From NCBI GenBank assembly GCA_017410605.1, contig JAFQQN010000005.1, positions 108,741 through 172,740 of the forward strand: a stretch of 64,000 nt of DNA, read 5' to 3'. The translations under genes were made by a program, and so were the position numbers. This DNA is from Clostridia bacterium. Its GTDB lineage: Bacteria; Bacillota; Clostridia; Oscillospirales; Acutalibacteraceae. Shown here piece after piece: positions 35,642 through 44,599 of this stretch (position 1 is the stretch's first letter; every line of letters starts with the position of its first letter). Under the pieces are notes generated by a model, which ran no database searches, was not told the origin of the DNA, and saw nothing but the letters and a program-made list of their open reading frames with translations.

Positions 35642-38404
35642 CTATCCTAAAGTATAGCTTTCAAGGGAAATCCCCTTATAATAATGCTTTAAAATTTGAT
35701 CATAGGTATAGCCGCTCTTAGCATAGGCATTTGCGCCTACCTGACTCATACCAACACCGTGACCGTAGCCCTTAACCGTAAATACAAACTTATCGTCGCT
35801 GGGACTGTATGATATGGTATATGCACTGGAGCGAAGAACATTTGCAGAGCCAACTCTGGCAGATGTAAAGAAGCTGTTTCTAAGGTAAGGGCCTTTTTGA
35901 ACAGAGCCACCGATGTTAACCGTTTTAACATAAAGGTTGTTTGCATCATAGGTGCATTTGAACCACTGATTTTTATCAGCAATTTGTGTAAGATCAACAT
36001 TAAGGCTTTCCTTAGCCCAATTAGCAATATCTACTGCTGAATATTTTCTAATGGTCTGATAGCCTGAAGCATTTTTATCTACCGAAGAATCAACACTTGC
36101 AAGGTATGGCAACTGGCTTGACCAAATATCTGCACTATTTGCAGTTTGTCCGGCGGAAATGGCATAATAAAAGGTTTGTGCAACGCTTCCGTTATAGGTA
36201 GCAACAATTCCCGCAACCTCGTTGGCTGCCTGTATAGCCCTTTCACCAGGAGCCTTCATAGGGGCTGTGGGGGTAGAACCACTGGCTGCACCATTACAAA
36301 GTAACCAGGAATAGGCCGCAACGGCCTGAGCCTTAAGTGCCTCTAAATGGTAGCCCGAACCCATTTCGGCCTCTAAAATATAAGCAATTATCTCATTAGC
36401 CGGGCCTGTTTCAACCTTACCGTTAAAGCTGTTTTTTACTGTAAGGGTTGGTAAAATTGATGGGTCAACAACCTGGGATGTAGTTGAAGAGGTTTGAGTG
36501 CTGGAATTTTCGGTATTAGAGGTTGCCTCTTCTGAAGAAATTTCCTCATTAGATGTTGTGATTTGAGAAGATACCTTAGAAGATGTTTCAACCTTAGAGG
36601 TTGTTATAGGCTTGGTAGGTTTAATAATAACCGTTGACGAAACCGGGCCCTCCTGCTCATATCGGCTGCTTCCGTTATCTGCCATATTTTCTTCGGCTTT
36701 ATCCTTTCCCGAAGATGTTGTAATTTGACTACTTATTTCCTCTAATGGGTTAGATGAAGTATGCTCAGAGGAGGTGGCCTCATTTGATGATGTGTCATTT
36801 AACGGTGCATCAAAATCTACCATAGGGCTTTCACCGTCCCTTACTCTTCTGGCAACAAGCACAACACTGCTTGTGTTATCCTTACAAATTAAGGTGATAA
36901 GCTCATCAGAAGCATCAACCGCAATGTTTGTTTCTATTCTTGAACGGTTTTTAACCCTTTCAACATAATCTAAAAATTCGGCATCGTCAAAAAACTGTGT
37001 TTGAACATCTAAAGAACTTCGCTCACTGGATACAGCATAAACAGAGAAGATCTTCCAGCGGTTTTCTAAATAAAGGGTATCGAAGGTAATAACCGGGGCA
37101 GAACGGTATTTTGAGTCATCTAAAAACTCTTTTAGTTGTGAAAAAACCGAAACATTGCTATCGCCTCTACCATAAATTACAATATTTCTTTCAAAAGAAT
37201 CTGCCGTAATGCGCGAATTGGTATAAGGCGTTCCGTATTTATTTACACTTCCTTCAAAAAGGTGGCTGTTATAATAATTAGACGAGTGTGATTTTGAGGT
37301 GACTATAGGAAGGCTTATATCTGTTCCCGGAACGCTTAGCCAACCAATAACATCGCTATTAGCTTGGTAAAGCCTTCCGAACTTATAAAGCATATTTTCG
37401 GGAAGCCCTGTCCAGGTTTGGCCGTAAAGCTCATGAGCCGTTGCAAGAACAGAAGAATAATGCATAGGCTGGTAGTTACATTCATAGCCAAAATAAGCCG
37501 CAATTAAAACAACCGCTGCCAGAACAACCGAAATTACTGCCCTCAATATATGTTTTTTACGCTTTTTAGGACTTGGTATCTCATCATTAGCCAAAAAATC
37601 TTCAAGATTATATTTAACAGTATTGCTGGCATCAGGTTGCTCTAATACCACAAATTCTGTTTCCTGTTCAGCCTTAGCTACAACCACACCGCCATTATCA
37701 TAGTCTTCCTTAGTGTCAAAGTTTTGGTCTTGTTCTAAGAAAGCATCAGAGTGAGGCTCGACAAGACTTGAAAGGTCTATTTTTTCATTGTCTTGAGGTA
37801 CCGATGGTTGCGCTTTCTTCTCAGCAAGTTCTTCTGACTCTTTTTTGTTATCGTCATCTTTCGCAATAATCTTTTCTTCTTGGGGTAAGAAACAAGTATC
37901 CTTTTCTTCCGGTAAGACTACCGACGAAGTGGTGATTTCCTTTTCAGAAAGTAGCTTTATATAAGGACAAACTAAAGAAGAAAGTAGCGTATGACGAAGC
38001 TCACGTTCACTAGTCAGCAAAATTATTGCTTGGTCATTATTTTCCATAACACAACCGCCAAGCTGACCCTCACCGTTTATAAGAGGAATAGCCTTTTCGG
38101 GAAGGGAATATTCCATAGAAGAGTTCACTGAAAACTCAGCCTTATTAAGCGGTGTAAGTATATACCCCGTAGCCCTTGCAATAATTTTTGGCAGATATTC
38201 GCTGTCTAAGGGATTAAAGCTTCCTATTGCCACAACCACCCTGCTACGAATAACGCTTTTGCTAAGGGCGGAAAGAAAATCGCTCTTATTGTGGGTCAAA
38301 TGGCTTAGAAAACGCATATTGCAGCAGCCGGAAATTTCAAACTCCATTTTAAAATCGGTAGATTGGTTGAAATAAATTACCTCTAAAGTAAGGTTCGGAC
38401 CCAC
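35642..38404 (-). CDS. Multi-domain membrane protein: degenerate CinA-N-like module, TM segment, degenerate class-B-sortase-like domain, Ser/Thr-rich linker and SpoIID/LytB domain
   Basis: GTG start 5 nt after AGGAGGTG. The SpoIID block is at the C-terminus (GYHLEALKAQAVAAYSW...YYAISAGQT...GHGVGMSQVGA). The sortase-like block is VIGWLSVPGTDISLPIV...VIYGRGD...LITLICKD...LVARRVR. Confidence 0.8.
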   Translation of the reverse strand: MGPNLTLEVIYFNQSTDFKMEFEISGCCNMRFLSHLTHNKSDFLSALSKSVIRSRVVVAIGSFNPLDSEYLPKIIARATGYILTPLNKAEFSVNSSMEYSLPEKAIPLINGEGQLGGCVMENNDQAIILLTSERELRHTLLSSLVCPYIKLLSEKEITTSSVVLPEEKDTCFLPQEEKIIAKDDDNKKESEELAEKKAQPSVPQDNEKIDLSSLVEPHSDAFLEQDQNFDTKEDYDNGGVVVAKAEQETEFVVLEQPDASNTVKYNLEDFLANDEIPSPKKRKKHILRAVISVVLAAVVLIAAYFGYECNYQPMHYSSVLATAHELYGQTWTGLPENMLYKFGRLYQANSDVIGWLSVPGTDISLPIVTSKSHSSNYYNSHLFEGSVNKYGTPYTNSRITADSFERNIVIYGRGDSNVSVFSQLKEFLDDSKYRSAPVITFDTLYLENRWKIFSVYAVSSERSSLDVQTQFFDDAEFLDYVERVKNRSRIETNIAVDASDELITLICKDNTSSVVLVARRVRDGESPMVDFDAPLNDTSSNEATSSEHTSSNPLEEISSQITTSSGKDKAEENMADNGSSRYEQEGPVSSTVIIKPTKPITTSKVETSSKVSSQITTSNEEISSEEATSNTENSSTQTSSTTSQVVDPSILPTLTVKNSFNGKVETGPANEIIAYILEAEMGSGYHLEALKAQAVAAYSWLLCNGAASGSTPTAPMKAPGERAIQAANEVAGIVATYNGSVAQTFYYAISAGQTANSADIWSSQLPYLASVDSSVDKNASGYQTIRKYSAVDIANWAKESLNVDLTQIADKNQWFKCTYDANNLYVKTVNIGGSVQKGPYLRNSFFTSARVGSANVLRSSAYTISYSPSDDKFVFTVKGYGHGVGMSQVGANAYAKSGYTYDQILKHYYKGISLESYTLG

Positions 38405-38474
38405 AAAAACACCTCCTGACCGGCCATAGTCTTAAGGCTATAGCATTATAAAAATTATTACTGTTACTACACCT

Positions 38475-41264
38475 TTATTGAATTAAACCTGAAGTTGAAC
38501 TTGTATTATAATCTTCATCATTCTCAGCTAAAGAAGCATCAGAAGATGACTGTGAAAATAGGTCATCAGTCTGTTCAGATGATACTTCGTTACCCACCTC
38601 AGTAGCTGTACTGTTTTCCTCTAGGTTGGCGTCTATCTTTGAAGAGCTTTCTTCTGTTAAATTACTACTTGACCCTTGCGAAGAAAACGAAGGCTTTGTA
38701 GTGCCCTTTTTTTGATACCAAATTTCAGGGTAAAGAGGAGAAGTGTTAACAGAGGAAGAAACGGCTTTATATTTATCATAACTATCGTCTCTTACCCTTC
38801 TGGCAACAACCACAAGCCTTGCCTCATCAAAGTCGTATGCACAGGTTGAAAGCGTGATTATTTCATCATCATAGGTTACATCTACATCTGTATTTATAAC
38901 ACTTCTTTTTCTTAGTTCTTCTATGAAAACCTTAAATTCCTCTTCGTTTGCAAAATTGCTTTGACGGTAATTGAATACCTCTCCATTATCATGCTCAGGC
39001 AACGTATTAGTAACAAATACCGAGAAAACCTTATATTTGCCCTCCCTATAAAGTGAGGTGAACTCAAAGGTTGGGTTTTCTTTATAAAAGTCATAGTTAA
39101 GATATTTCTTAAGCTCACCAAACATAGCACCATCGCGCATACTGTGGCCATAGATAATAAGATTTTTACTGTTTTCTAAAACACCTATTCTATTTTCGGC
39201 ATCTATAAAAAGGGCACCGTAGCGGCTGGTTTTCTTATTCATATCGTGATTGATATAAAAATCGTTATCATTACACTGATATACCGGATAATTAACCTTG
39301 GTATTATTGATTTTTAGCCAACCCTTAATATCCCTGTTTTGGTTTATAAGATTTTCAAAATCAAGTAAAATTCCTTCACCGTTCTTAATTTTCTCTTCAG
39401 TTTTATAGGTTTCGAATTCTGATGCCACCTTATTGTATTCATTTGTTTTTGAAACACTCTCGGCAAAATAATTAACAAGATATACAGTCGTTCCGATAAG
39501 TACTACAAAAGCAACAAGGAAAATTGTTTTTCTTATAGTTTCTTTAACACTGTCGCCCTTAAGGGGTAAAATTGCAGAAATAAACCTATAAAATTTCCCA
39601 TTCTTGTTAATTTTTAAAGCTTTGCGTATTTTTGTTTTCTTATAAACATTTGTTTTCACAGAGGCAGCTTGTTCATTATCAGTTTCAATGTTTTCCTTTT
39701 CAAGGCCGGTTATCATTTCGATATTACCGTTTTCGTCTTCAATTTCTAATTTTTCGGCTTTTTGTTCGAATGCCTCAAGGTAATCATCTTCGAAAACAAA
39801 GTTGGCCGCATTTTCTTCTGCCAATTTAAGCTTTTCGGGATTGGGAATATTTACGTCATCACCTATAGCGAATAAACCTTTCATTTCTTCATCAGTAAAA
39901 GCAAGTTGGTTAAGCGATGCTCTGGGAGTATTCCTTTTTTTGCTGAAAACAATGGGTGTAGTACCAGGTAAGGTATATCCCTCTATTACATCTAAAGCCT
40001 CACAGGGCAAGGTTCCTCTTGAAAGCAATTCATCACAGCCCTCTAAATATCTGCGAACCATATCTAATGCAGTAGAAGAGGCTATAATTCTTGTCTTTTC
40101 CCTATTGTTTACCCCGCACATAATTTTACGGGAAAAGACCTTATCGCCGTCGGTAATAGCAATATAAACTAAACCTGCCGGTTTTCCCTCGCTTTGGCCG
40201 GGCCCTGCAACACCGGTAATGCCTACACCAATATTGCTGCCGCACATTTCTCTAATACCCAAGGCCATTTGCGCAGCAACCTCAGGGCAAACTGCCCCCT
40301 TTGTTTCAATAATATTTTTATCTACGCCAAGTGCCTCAATTTTAATATAGTTAGCATAGGCAGTTACGCCCATTTCAAATACCTCTGAGGCACCCGGAAT
40401 TTCGGTGATTCGGCTAGATAGCATACCGGCAGTACAGGATTCGGCTGTTGCTAACTTTTTGTTTTTTTCAGAAAGAAGTTCAACAACCCTTTGCTGAAGG
40501 CTTTCGCAATTGTGACCGTAAATATTACTACCAAACTGTTTTTCTATTAGCTCAATAACCGGTTTGCACATTTCATTAGCCTTTTGCTCATTTCTTGCCT
40601 TGGCGGTAACCCTTATATCTACCTCTCCGGGCTTTGCGTAGGTTGCAACGGTAGGATTTTCTAGAGCGGTTAATTCACCACACTGCTCTGCCACTAATGA
40701 TTCACCAATGCCAAAGACCCTTATGTTATGCGAAACTATAACCTCACCACTCATGGCTGTAAGAACAGGAACAACCTTGTTTTCAAACATAGGAACAAGC
40801 TCACTTGGTGGGCCTGGAAGCAAAATCACGGTATTCTTATTGTTTTTTACAATATAACCAGGGGCCGTACCATTCTCATTTTCTAACACGGTTGCGCCCT
40901 TTATGGTAAGGGCTTGTTTTTTATTACTTTGGCTCATAACCCTGCCGGTTTTAGCAAAATACTCACTTATATGCTCTAAACTTGCAGTATGAAGTTCCAA
41001 AGGAAGACCAAGCACCTTTGCTGTTACTTCTTTTGTAATATCATCTTCCGTTGGACCAAGACCGCCGCTTAAAATAACTATCTCGCTTCGAGAAAGGGCT
41101 TGGGTTAACTGTTCGTTAAGTCTTGCACTGTTATCGCCCACAACAGACTGAGAATAAACATTTATGCCAAGCTCTGCTAAAGTTTGTGAAAGATATTGGG
41201 CATTTGTATTTAAAATGTCACCTAGCAAAAGCTCGGTTCCTACGCAAATAATTTCAGCTCTCAT
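38475..41264 (-). CDS. cinA: CinA (MoCF-binding domain plus PncC nicotinamide-nucleotide amidase) fused through a TM segment to a class-B sortase domain and a Ser-rich tail
   Basis: MRAEIICVGTELLLGDILNTNAQYLS, then a PncC-like part (ESCTAGMLS). The TM segment is TIFLVAFVVLIGTTVYLVNYF. The SrtB block is IKGWLKINNTKVNYPVYQ...IIYGHSM...ITLSTC...VVARRVR. Confidence 0.85.
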   Translation of the reverse strand: MRAEIICVGTELLLGDILNTNAQYLSQTLAELGINVYSQSVVGDNSARLNEQLTQALSRSEIVILSGGLGPTEDDITKEVTAKVLGLPLELHTASLEHISEYFAKTGRVMSQSNKKQALTIKGATVLENENGTAPGYIVKNNKNTVILLPGPPSELVPMFENKVVPVLTAMSGEVIVSHNIRVFGIGESLVAEQCGELTALENPTVATYAKPGEVDIRVTAKARNEQKANEMCKPVIELIEKQFGSNIYGHNCESLQQRVVELLSEKNKKLATAESCTAGMLSSRITEIPGASEVFEMGVTAYANYIKIEALGVDKNIIETKGAVCPEVAAQMALGIREMCGSNIGVGITGVAGPGQSEGKPAGLVYIAITDGDKVFSRKIMCGVNNREKTRIIASSTALDMVRRYLEGCDELLSRGTLPCEALDVIEGYTLPGTTPIVFSKKRNTPRASLNQLAFTDEEMKGLFAIGDDVNIPNPEKLKLAEENAANFVFEDDYLEAFEQKAEKLEIEDENGNIEMITGLEKENIETDNEQAASVKTNVYKKTKIRKALKINKNGKFYRFISAILPLKGDSVKETIRKTIFLVAFVVLIGTTVYLVNYFAESVSKTNEYNKVASEFETYKTEEKIKNGEGILLDFENLINQNRDIKGWLKINNTKVNYPVYQCNDNDFYINHDMNKKTSRYGALFIDAENRIGVLENSKNLIIYGHSMRDGAMFGELKKYLNYDFYKENPTFEFTSLYREGKYKVFSVFVTNTLPEHDNGEVFNYRQSNFANEEEFKVFIEELRKRSVINTDVDVTYDDEIITLSTCAYDFDEARLVVVARRVRDDSYDKYKAVSSSVNTSPLYPEIWYQKKGTTKPSFSSQGSSSNLTEESSSKIDANLEENSTATEVGNEVSSEQTDDLFSQSSSDASLAENDEDYNTSSTSGLIQ

Positions 41265-41300
41265 AAAATATATCCTTTTTATAAATTTTAGTCCAAGAGG

Positions 41301-42473
41301 TTAAGCCTCTATAGTTTCAAAAATGGTTCCCTCTACTGCTCTCTCAATCATCTCTTCAAAATCTATAAGCTGCTCTGCCTTTTCTACTGCCTCAAGCTTA
41401 GGATTGGTTCTTGGGTGCTTGGGGGTAAAAACAGTGCAACAATCTTCATAAGGCTCTATAGATGTCTCAAAGGTATCAATTTTGCGAGAAATTATAACAA
41501 TTTCTTCTTTATCCATTCCAATAAGGGGGCGAAAAACAGGCATATCTACAACCTTATCTGTAGTAACAAGAGCAGGTAAAGTCTGACTTGCTACCTGGCC
41601 CACACTCTCACCTGTTATAAGAGCCATACTGCCACTGTTTTGTGCAATTCTTTGGCTTATTCTCATCATCATACGGCGCATAATAAGAGTAAAATATTCT
41701 TCAGGGCAATTATTGGCTATTGCTTCTTGAATTTCGGTGAAAGGCACAACCCCCACAGGAATAGCACCTGAATATGCTGCAACCTTTGATAAAAGCTTTT
41801 TTACCTTTTGTTCTGCACGAAGGCTTGTATAAGGAGGACTGGCAAAATGTATTGCATTAAGCTTAATTCCCCTTTTTGCCATCATCCAGGCGGCAACAGG
41901 GCTATCTATTCCGCCCGAAATAAGAATGGAGGCTCGGCCCCCTGTTCCGACAGGCATACCGCCCGCACCATGAAGCTGACCGGCCCTTACATAAGCACCA
42001 AAATCTCTTACTTCTACAGTTACAACAACATCAGGGTTATGAACATCCACCTTAAGGTGGTGATAATTTTTTAATATTTCTCCGCCTAAGGTTTTAGAAA
42101 TTTCGGGAGAAGTTAGGGGGAATTTTTTATCCGACCTTTTTGCCTCAACCTTAAAAGTTTTTGCGGCTTTAAGCGACTCCTCTAAATAAGGAATGGCAAC
42201 CTTTATAATATCTTCCATATTTTTTTCACAAACTGCCGCACGGCAATATGCCGCAATACCAAATATTTTTTCAACTCTATCAAGTGCCTTTTTAAAAGGA
42301 AAATCCTCACAGTGGGGGGTAATGATTATTGTTGACTGAGCGCGTTTAACCTCTATATTACCCAAGGCCTTAAGGCTCTGCTTTATATTTTTAATAAGAA
42401 TATCCTCAAAGGTCATTCGGTTAAGACCCTTAAGGGCAAGTTCGCCGTTTTTTATAAGTATAATTTCTTTCAT
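41301..42473 (-). CDS. thiI: tRNA 4-thiouridine synthase ThiI
   Basis: THUMP domain plus the SGGIDSPVA PP-loop. Confidence 0.9.
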   Translation of the reverse strand: MKEIILIKNGELALKGLNRMTFEDILIKNIKQSLKALGNIEVKRAQSTIIITPHCEDFPFKKALDRVEKIFGIAAYCRAAVCEKNMEDIIKVAIPYLEESLKAAKTFKVEAKRSDKKFPLTSPEISKTLGGEILKNYHHLKVDVHNPDVVVTVEVRDFGAYVRAGQLHGAGGMPVGTGGRASILISGGIDSPVAAWMMAKRGIKLNAIHFASPPYTSLRAEQKVKKLLSKVAAYSGAIPVGVVPFTEIQEAIANNCPEEYFTLIMRRMMMRISQRIAQNSGSMALITGESVGQVASQTLPALVTTDKVVDMPVFRPLIGMDKEEIVIISRKIDTFETSIEPYEDCCTVFTPKHPRTNPKLEAVEKAEQLIDFEEMIERAVEGTIFETIEA

Positions 42474-42485
42474 ATTGCTCTCCCG

Positions 42486-43628
42486 TCATCTTACGGATTT
42501 TTTAAGTTTGGCCGACGCTGCAACCAATGCCTCATATAAAATATCAATCTCTTCCTCATTCGTTTGTGAGTTAAAGCTTATTCGAAGCGCGCTATCTACA
42601 CGATTGTTTTCAAGACCCATACTTCTTAAAACATGGCTTCCTGCACCCTTACTACAAGCGCTTCCGCTAGAAACACAAATGTTATAACCCTCTAAATAAT
42701 GCAGTAAGGTTTCAGACCTGTATCCCAAAAAGGAAAAATTTAAAATATAGGGTAAGCCGTTATCAGGCGAGTTGATTACAACATTATCAAATGCCGAAAG
42801 CTTTTCTATAGCATAAGCTCTAATTTGTTTTACCCTATCATTTCTTTGCTTTATAGGGGTTAAGGCTTTTACCGCCGCCCCAAAAGCGGCAATAGCCGGA
42901 ACAGCCTCAGTGCCTGAACGAAGATTTTTTTCCTGCCCACCGCCCAAAATTAATGCCGGAAGCTTTATTCCCTTTTTCACATATAAAGCACCTGAGCCTT
43001 TTATACCGTGAATTTTATGGGCACTTATCGAAACAAGGTCTGCCCCAAAATCATTGGGCACAAGTTCTATTTTACCAAAGGCCTGAACAGCATCAATATG
43101 AAGCAGCGCCGGGGATTCTTTTTCCTTAATCATTTCTTTAACCAATTCAAAGGGTAAAATTGCTCCGGTTTCGTTATTAACCGCCATAAGGCTAACAAGA
43201 ATAGTATCTTTTCTAATGGCATTTTTAATGCTATCTAAGGGTATATTTCCGTTTTTTTCAGGTAAAAGATAAGTGACCTCGTAGCCTTTAGATTCCAACC
43301 TTTTCATAGGTTCTAAAATAGAAGAATGTTCTATTGCTGTGGTTACAATATGCTTACCTCTTCGGCACAAAAGCTCTGCCGCTCCAAAAATTGCTGTATT
43401 ATTGCTTTCACTACCGGAAGAAGTAAAATAAATTTCATCCTCGCGGCAATCTAAAAAAGAGGAAAGCTCTTCCCTTACAGAGGTAACAATATTTTCTGCC
43501 GCAAGACCCAGCTCATAAAGTGAAGAGGGGTTTCCAAATCCTTCGGTCATTGCCTCTAAAGCCGCCTGGATTGCCTCTGGGCAGGGCTTTGTTGTGGCAC
43601 TGTTATCAAGATAAATCAACCGTTTCAA
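42486..43628 (-). CDS. Cysteine desulfurase (NifS/IscS class)
   Basis: SAHKIHGIKG PLP-lysine and SSGSACS active-site Cys. Adjacent to thiI. Confidence 0.9.
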   Translation of the reverse strand: MKRLIYLDNSATTKPCPEAIQAALEAMTEGFGNPSSLYELGLAAENIVTSVREELSSFLDCREDEIYFTSSGSESNNTAIFGAAELLCRRGKHIVTTAIEHSSILEPMKRLESKGYEVTYLLPEKNGNIPLDSIKNAIRKDTILVSLMAVNNETGAILPFELVKEMIKEKESPALLHIDAVQAFGKIELVPNDFGADLVSISAHKIHGIKGSGALYVKKGIKLPALILGGGQEKNLRSGTEAVPAIAAFGAAVKALTPIKQRNDRVKQIRAYAIEKLSAFDNVVINSPDNGLPYILNFSFLGYRSETLLHYLEGYNICVSSGSACSKGAGSHVLRSMGLENNRVDSALRISFNSQTNEEEIDILYEALVAASAKLKKSVR

Positions 43629-43810
43629 AACGGCACCTCACAATAAAAATTTATAACACAGTTTTATATAATTGAGCCTGAATTTATATTTCAAATTAAT
43701 AAAGGCGCAATATACACTATTTTAATTATTGTACCATAAAAGACAGCACAACACAAGGTGTTAATTTGTAAATTTTAAATTAGCTAAAGAAAGATTATAT
43801 GTTATTATCC

Positions 43811-43839
43811 TTGATTTTAAATAATAAATATAGTATAAT
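43811..43839 (+). promoter_or_regulatory. SigA-type promoter for the DUF1273 gene
   Basis: TTGATT, 17 nt spacer, TATAAT. Confidence 0.5.
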
Positions 43840-43919
43840 AGCTATGCAGAAGTTTGTTTTGGGCTTATACTATTCAACCTTCTACGAGTATAGCAAAAAG
43901 TTTGATTAGAAGGTATTAA

Positions 43920-44480
43920 ATGAGCATTCCCAATACAGTTAAAGAAAAAACATGTTGTTTCTCAGGCTACAGGCCTCACAAATTTAATTTTGAATTTAAT
44001 AAAAGTGATCTTAAATATATCGAGCTTGAAAGTAACATTATAAGTGCCTTATTGTCATCTATTGAGCAAGGGTATGACACCTTTTTATGCGGAGGTGCAA
44101 TGGGCTTTGACCTTTTATGCGGTGAATTAGTTCTTCTAATTAAAGAACGCTTTCCAAACATAAAGCTTATTTGTGTTATTCCTTTTTCCGGGCAAAGCAA
44201 AAATTTTCCTGCCGAATGGAAAGAACGATATGATCGTATTACAAGCCAATGTGACAGTGTTTATAAAATTTCTGAAAAATTCAGCAAAGCTTGTTTTCAT
44301 CTTCGTAATTTTGAGATGGTATATTCCTCCTCACGATTAATCACATATTTTACCGGTCGATCAGGGGGAACAGCCAACACAATAGCACTTGCACAGAGAG
44401 AAAAGCTTGATATTATAAATATAGGCCCTGAAAAGAAAAACAAAGTTGATTCAACAATAACTTATTATGTTGGACACTAA
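43920..44480 (+). CDS. DUF1273 (YpsA-like) SLOG-family protein
   Basis: CCFSGYRPHKF...FLCGGAMGFDL...GRSGGTANT pattern. Confidence 0.8.
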   Translation: MSIPNTVKEKTCCFSGYRPHKFNFEFNKSDLKYIELESNIISALLSSIEQGYDTFLCGGAMGFDLLCGELVLLIKERFPNIKLICVIPFSGQSKNFPAEWKERYDRITSQCDSVYKISEKFSKACFHLRNFEMVYSSSRLITYFTGRSGGTANTIALAQREKLDIINIGPEKKNKVDSTITYYVGH

Positions 44481-44491
44481 AAAAGCTACTA

Positions 44492-44568
44492 AAAGCCTCA
44501 CTCTTAAATTAGAGTGAGGCTTTAATAAAACAATAAGGCGATAGAAGAAAATTCTTCTATCGCCTTAT
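44492..44568. terminator. Two convergent terminators
   Basis: AAAGCCTCACTCT / AGAGTGAGGCTTT (44492-44523) and ATAAGGCGATAGAAG / CTTCTATCGCCTTAT (44533-44568). Confidence 0.7.
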
Positions 44569-44599
44569 TTAATTCAGCTAATTAACTTGTGTGCTTAAA

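Noticed and set aside
36440-36800. Ser/Thr-rich low-complexity DNA in the SpoIID fusion (and 38480-38720 in the CinA fusion), considered as possible tandem repeats or contingency loci
   Set aside because: I could see no exact nucleotide tandem repeat unit. They look like ordinary extracellular linker regions.
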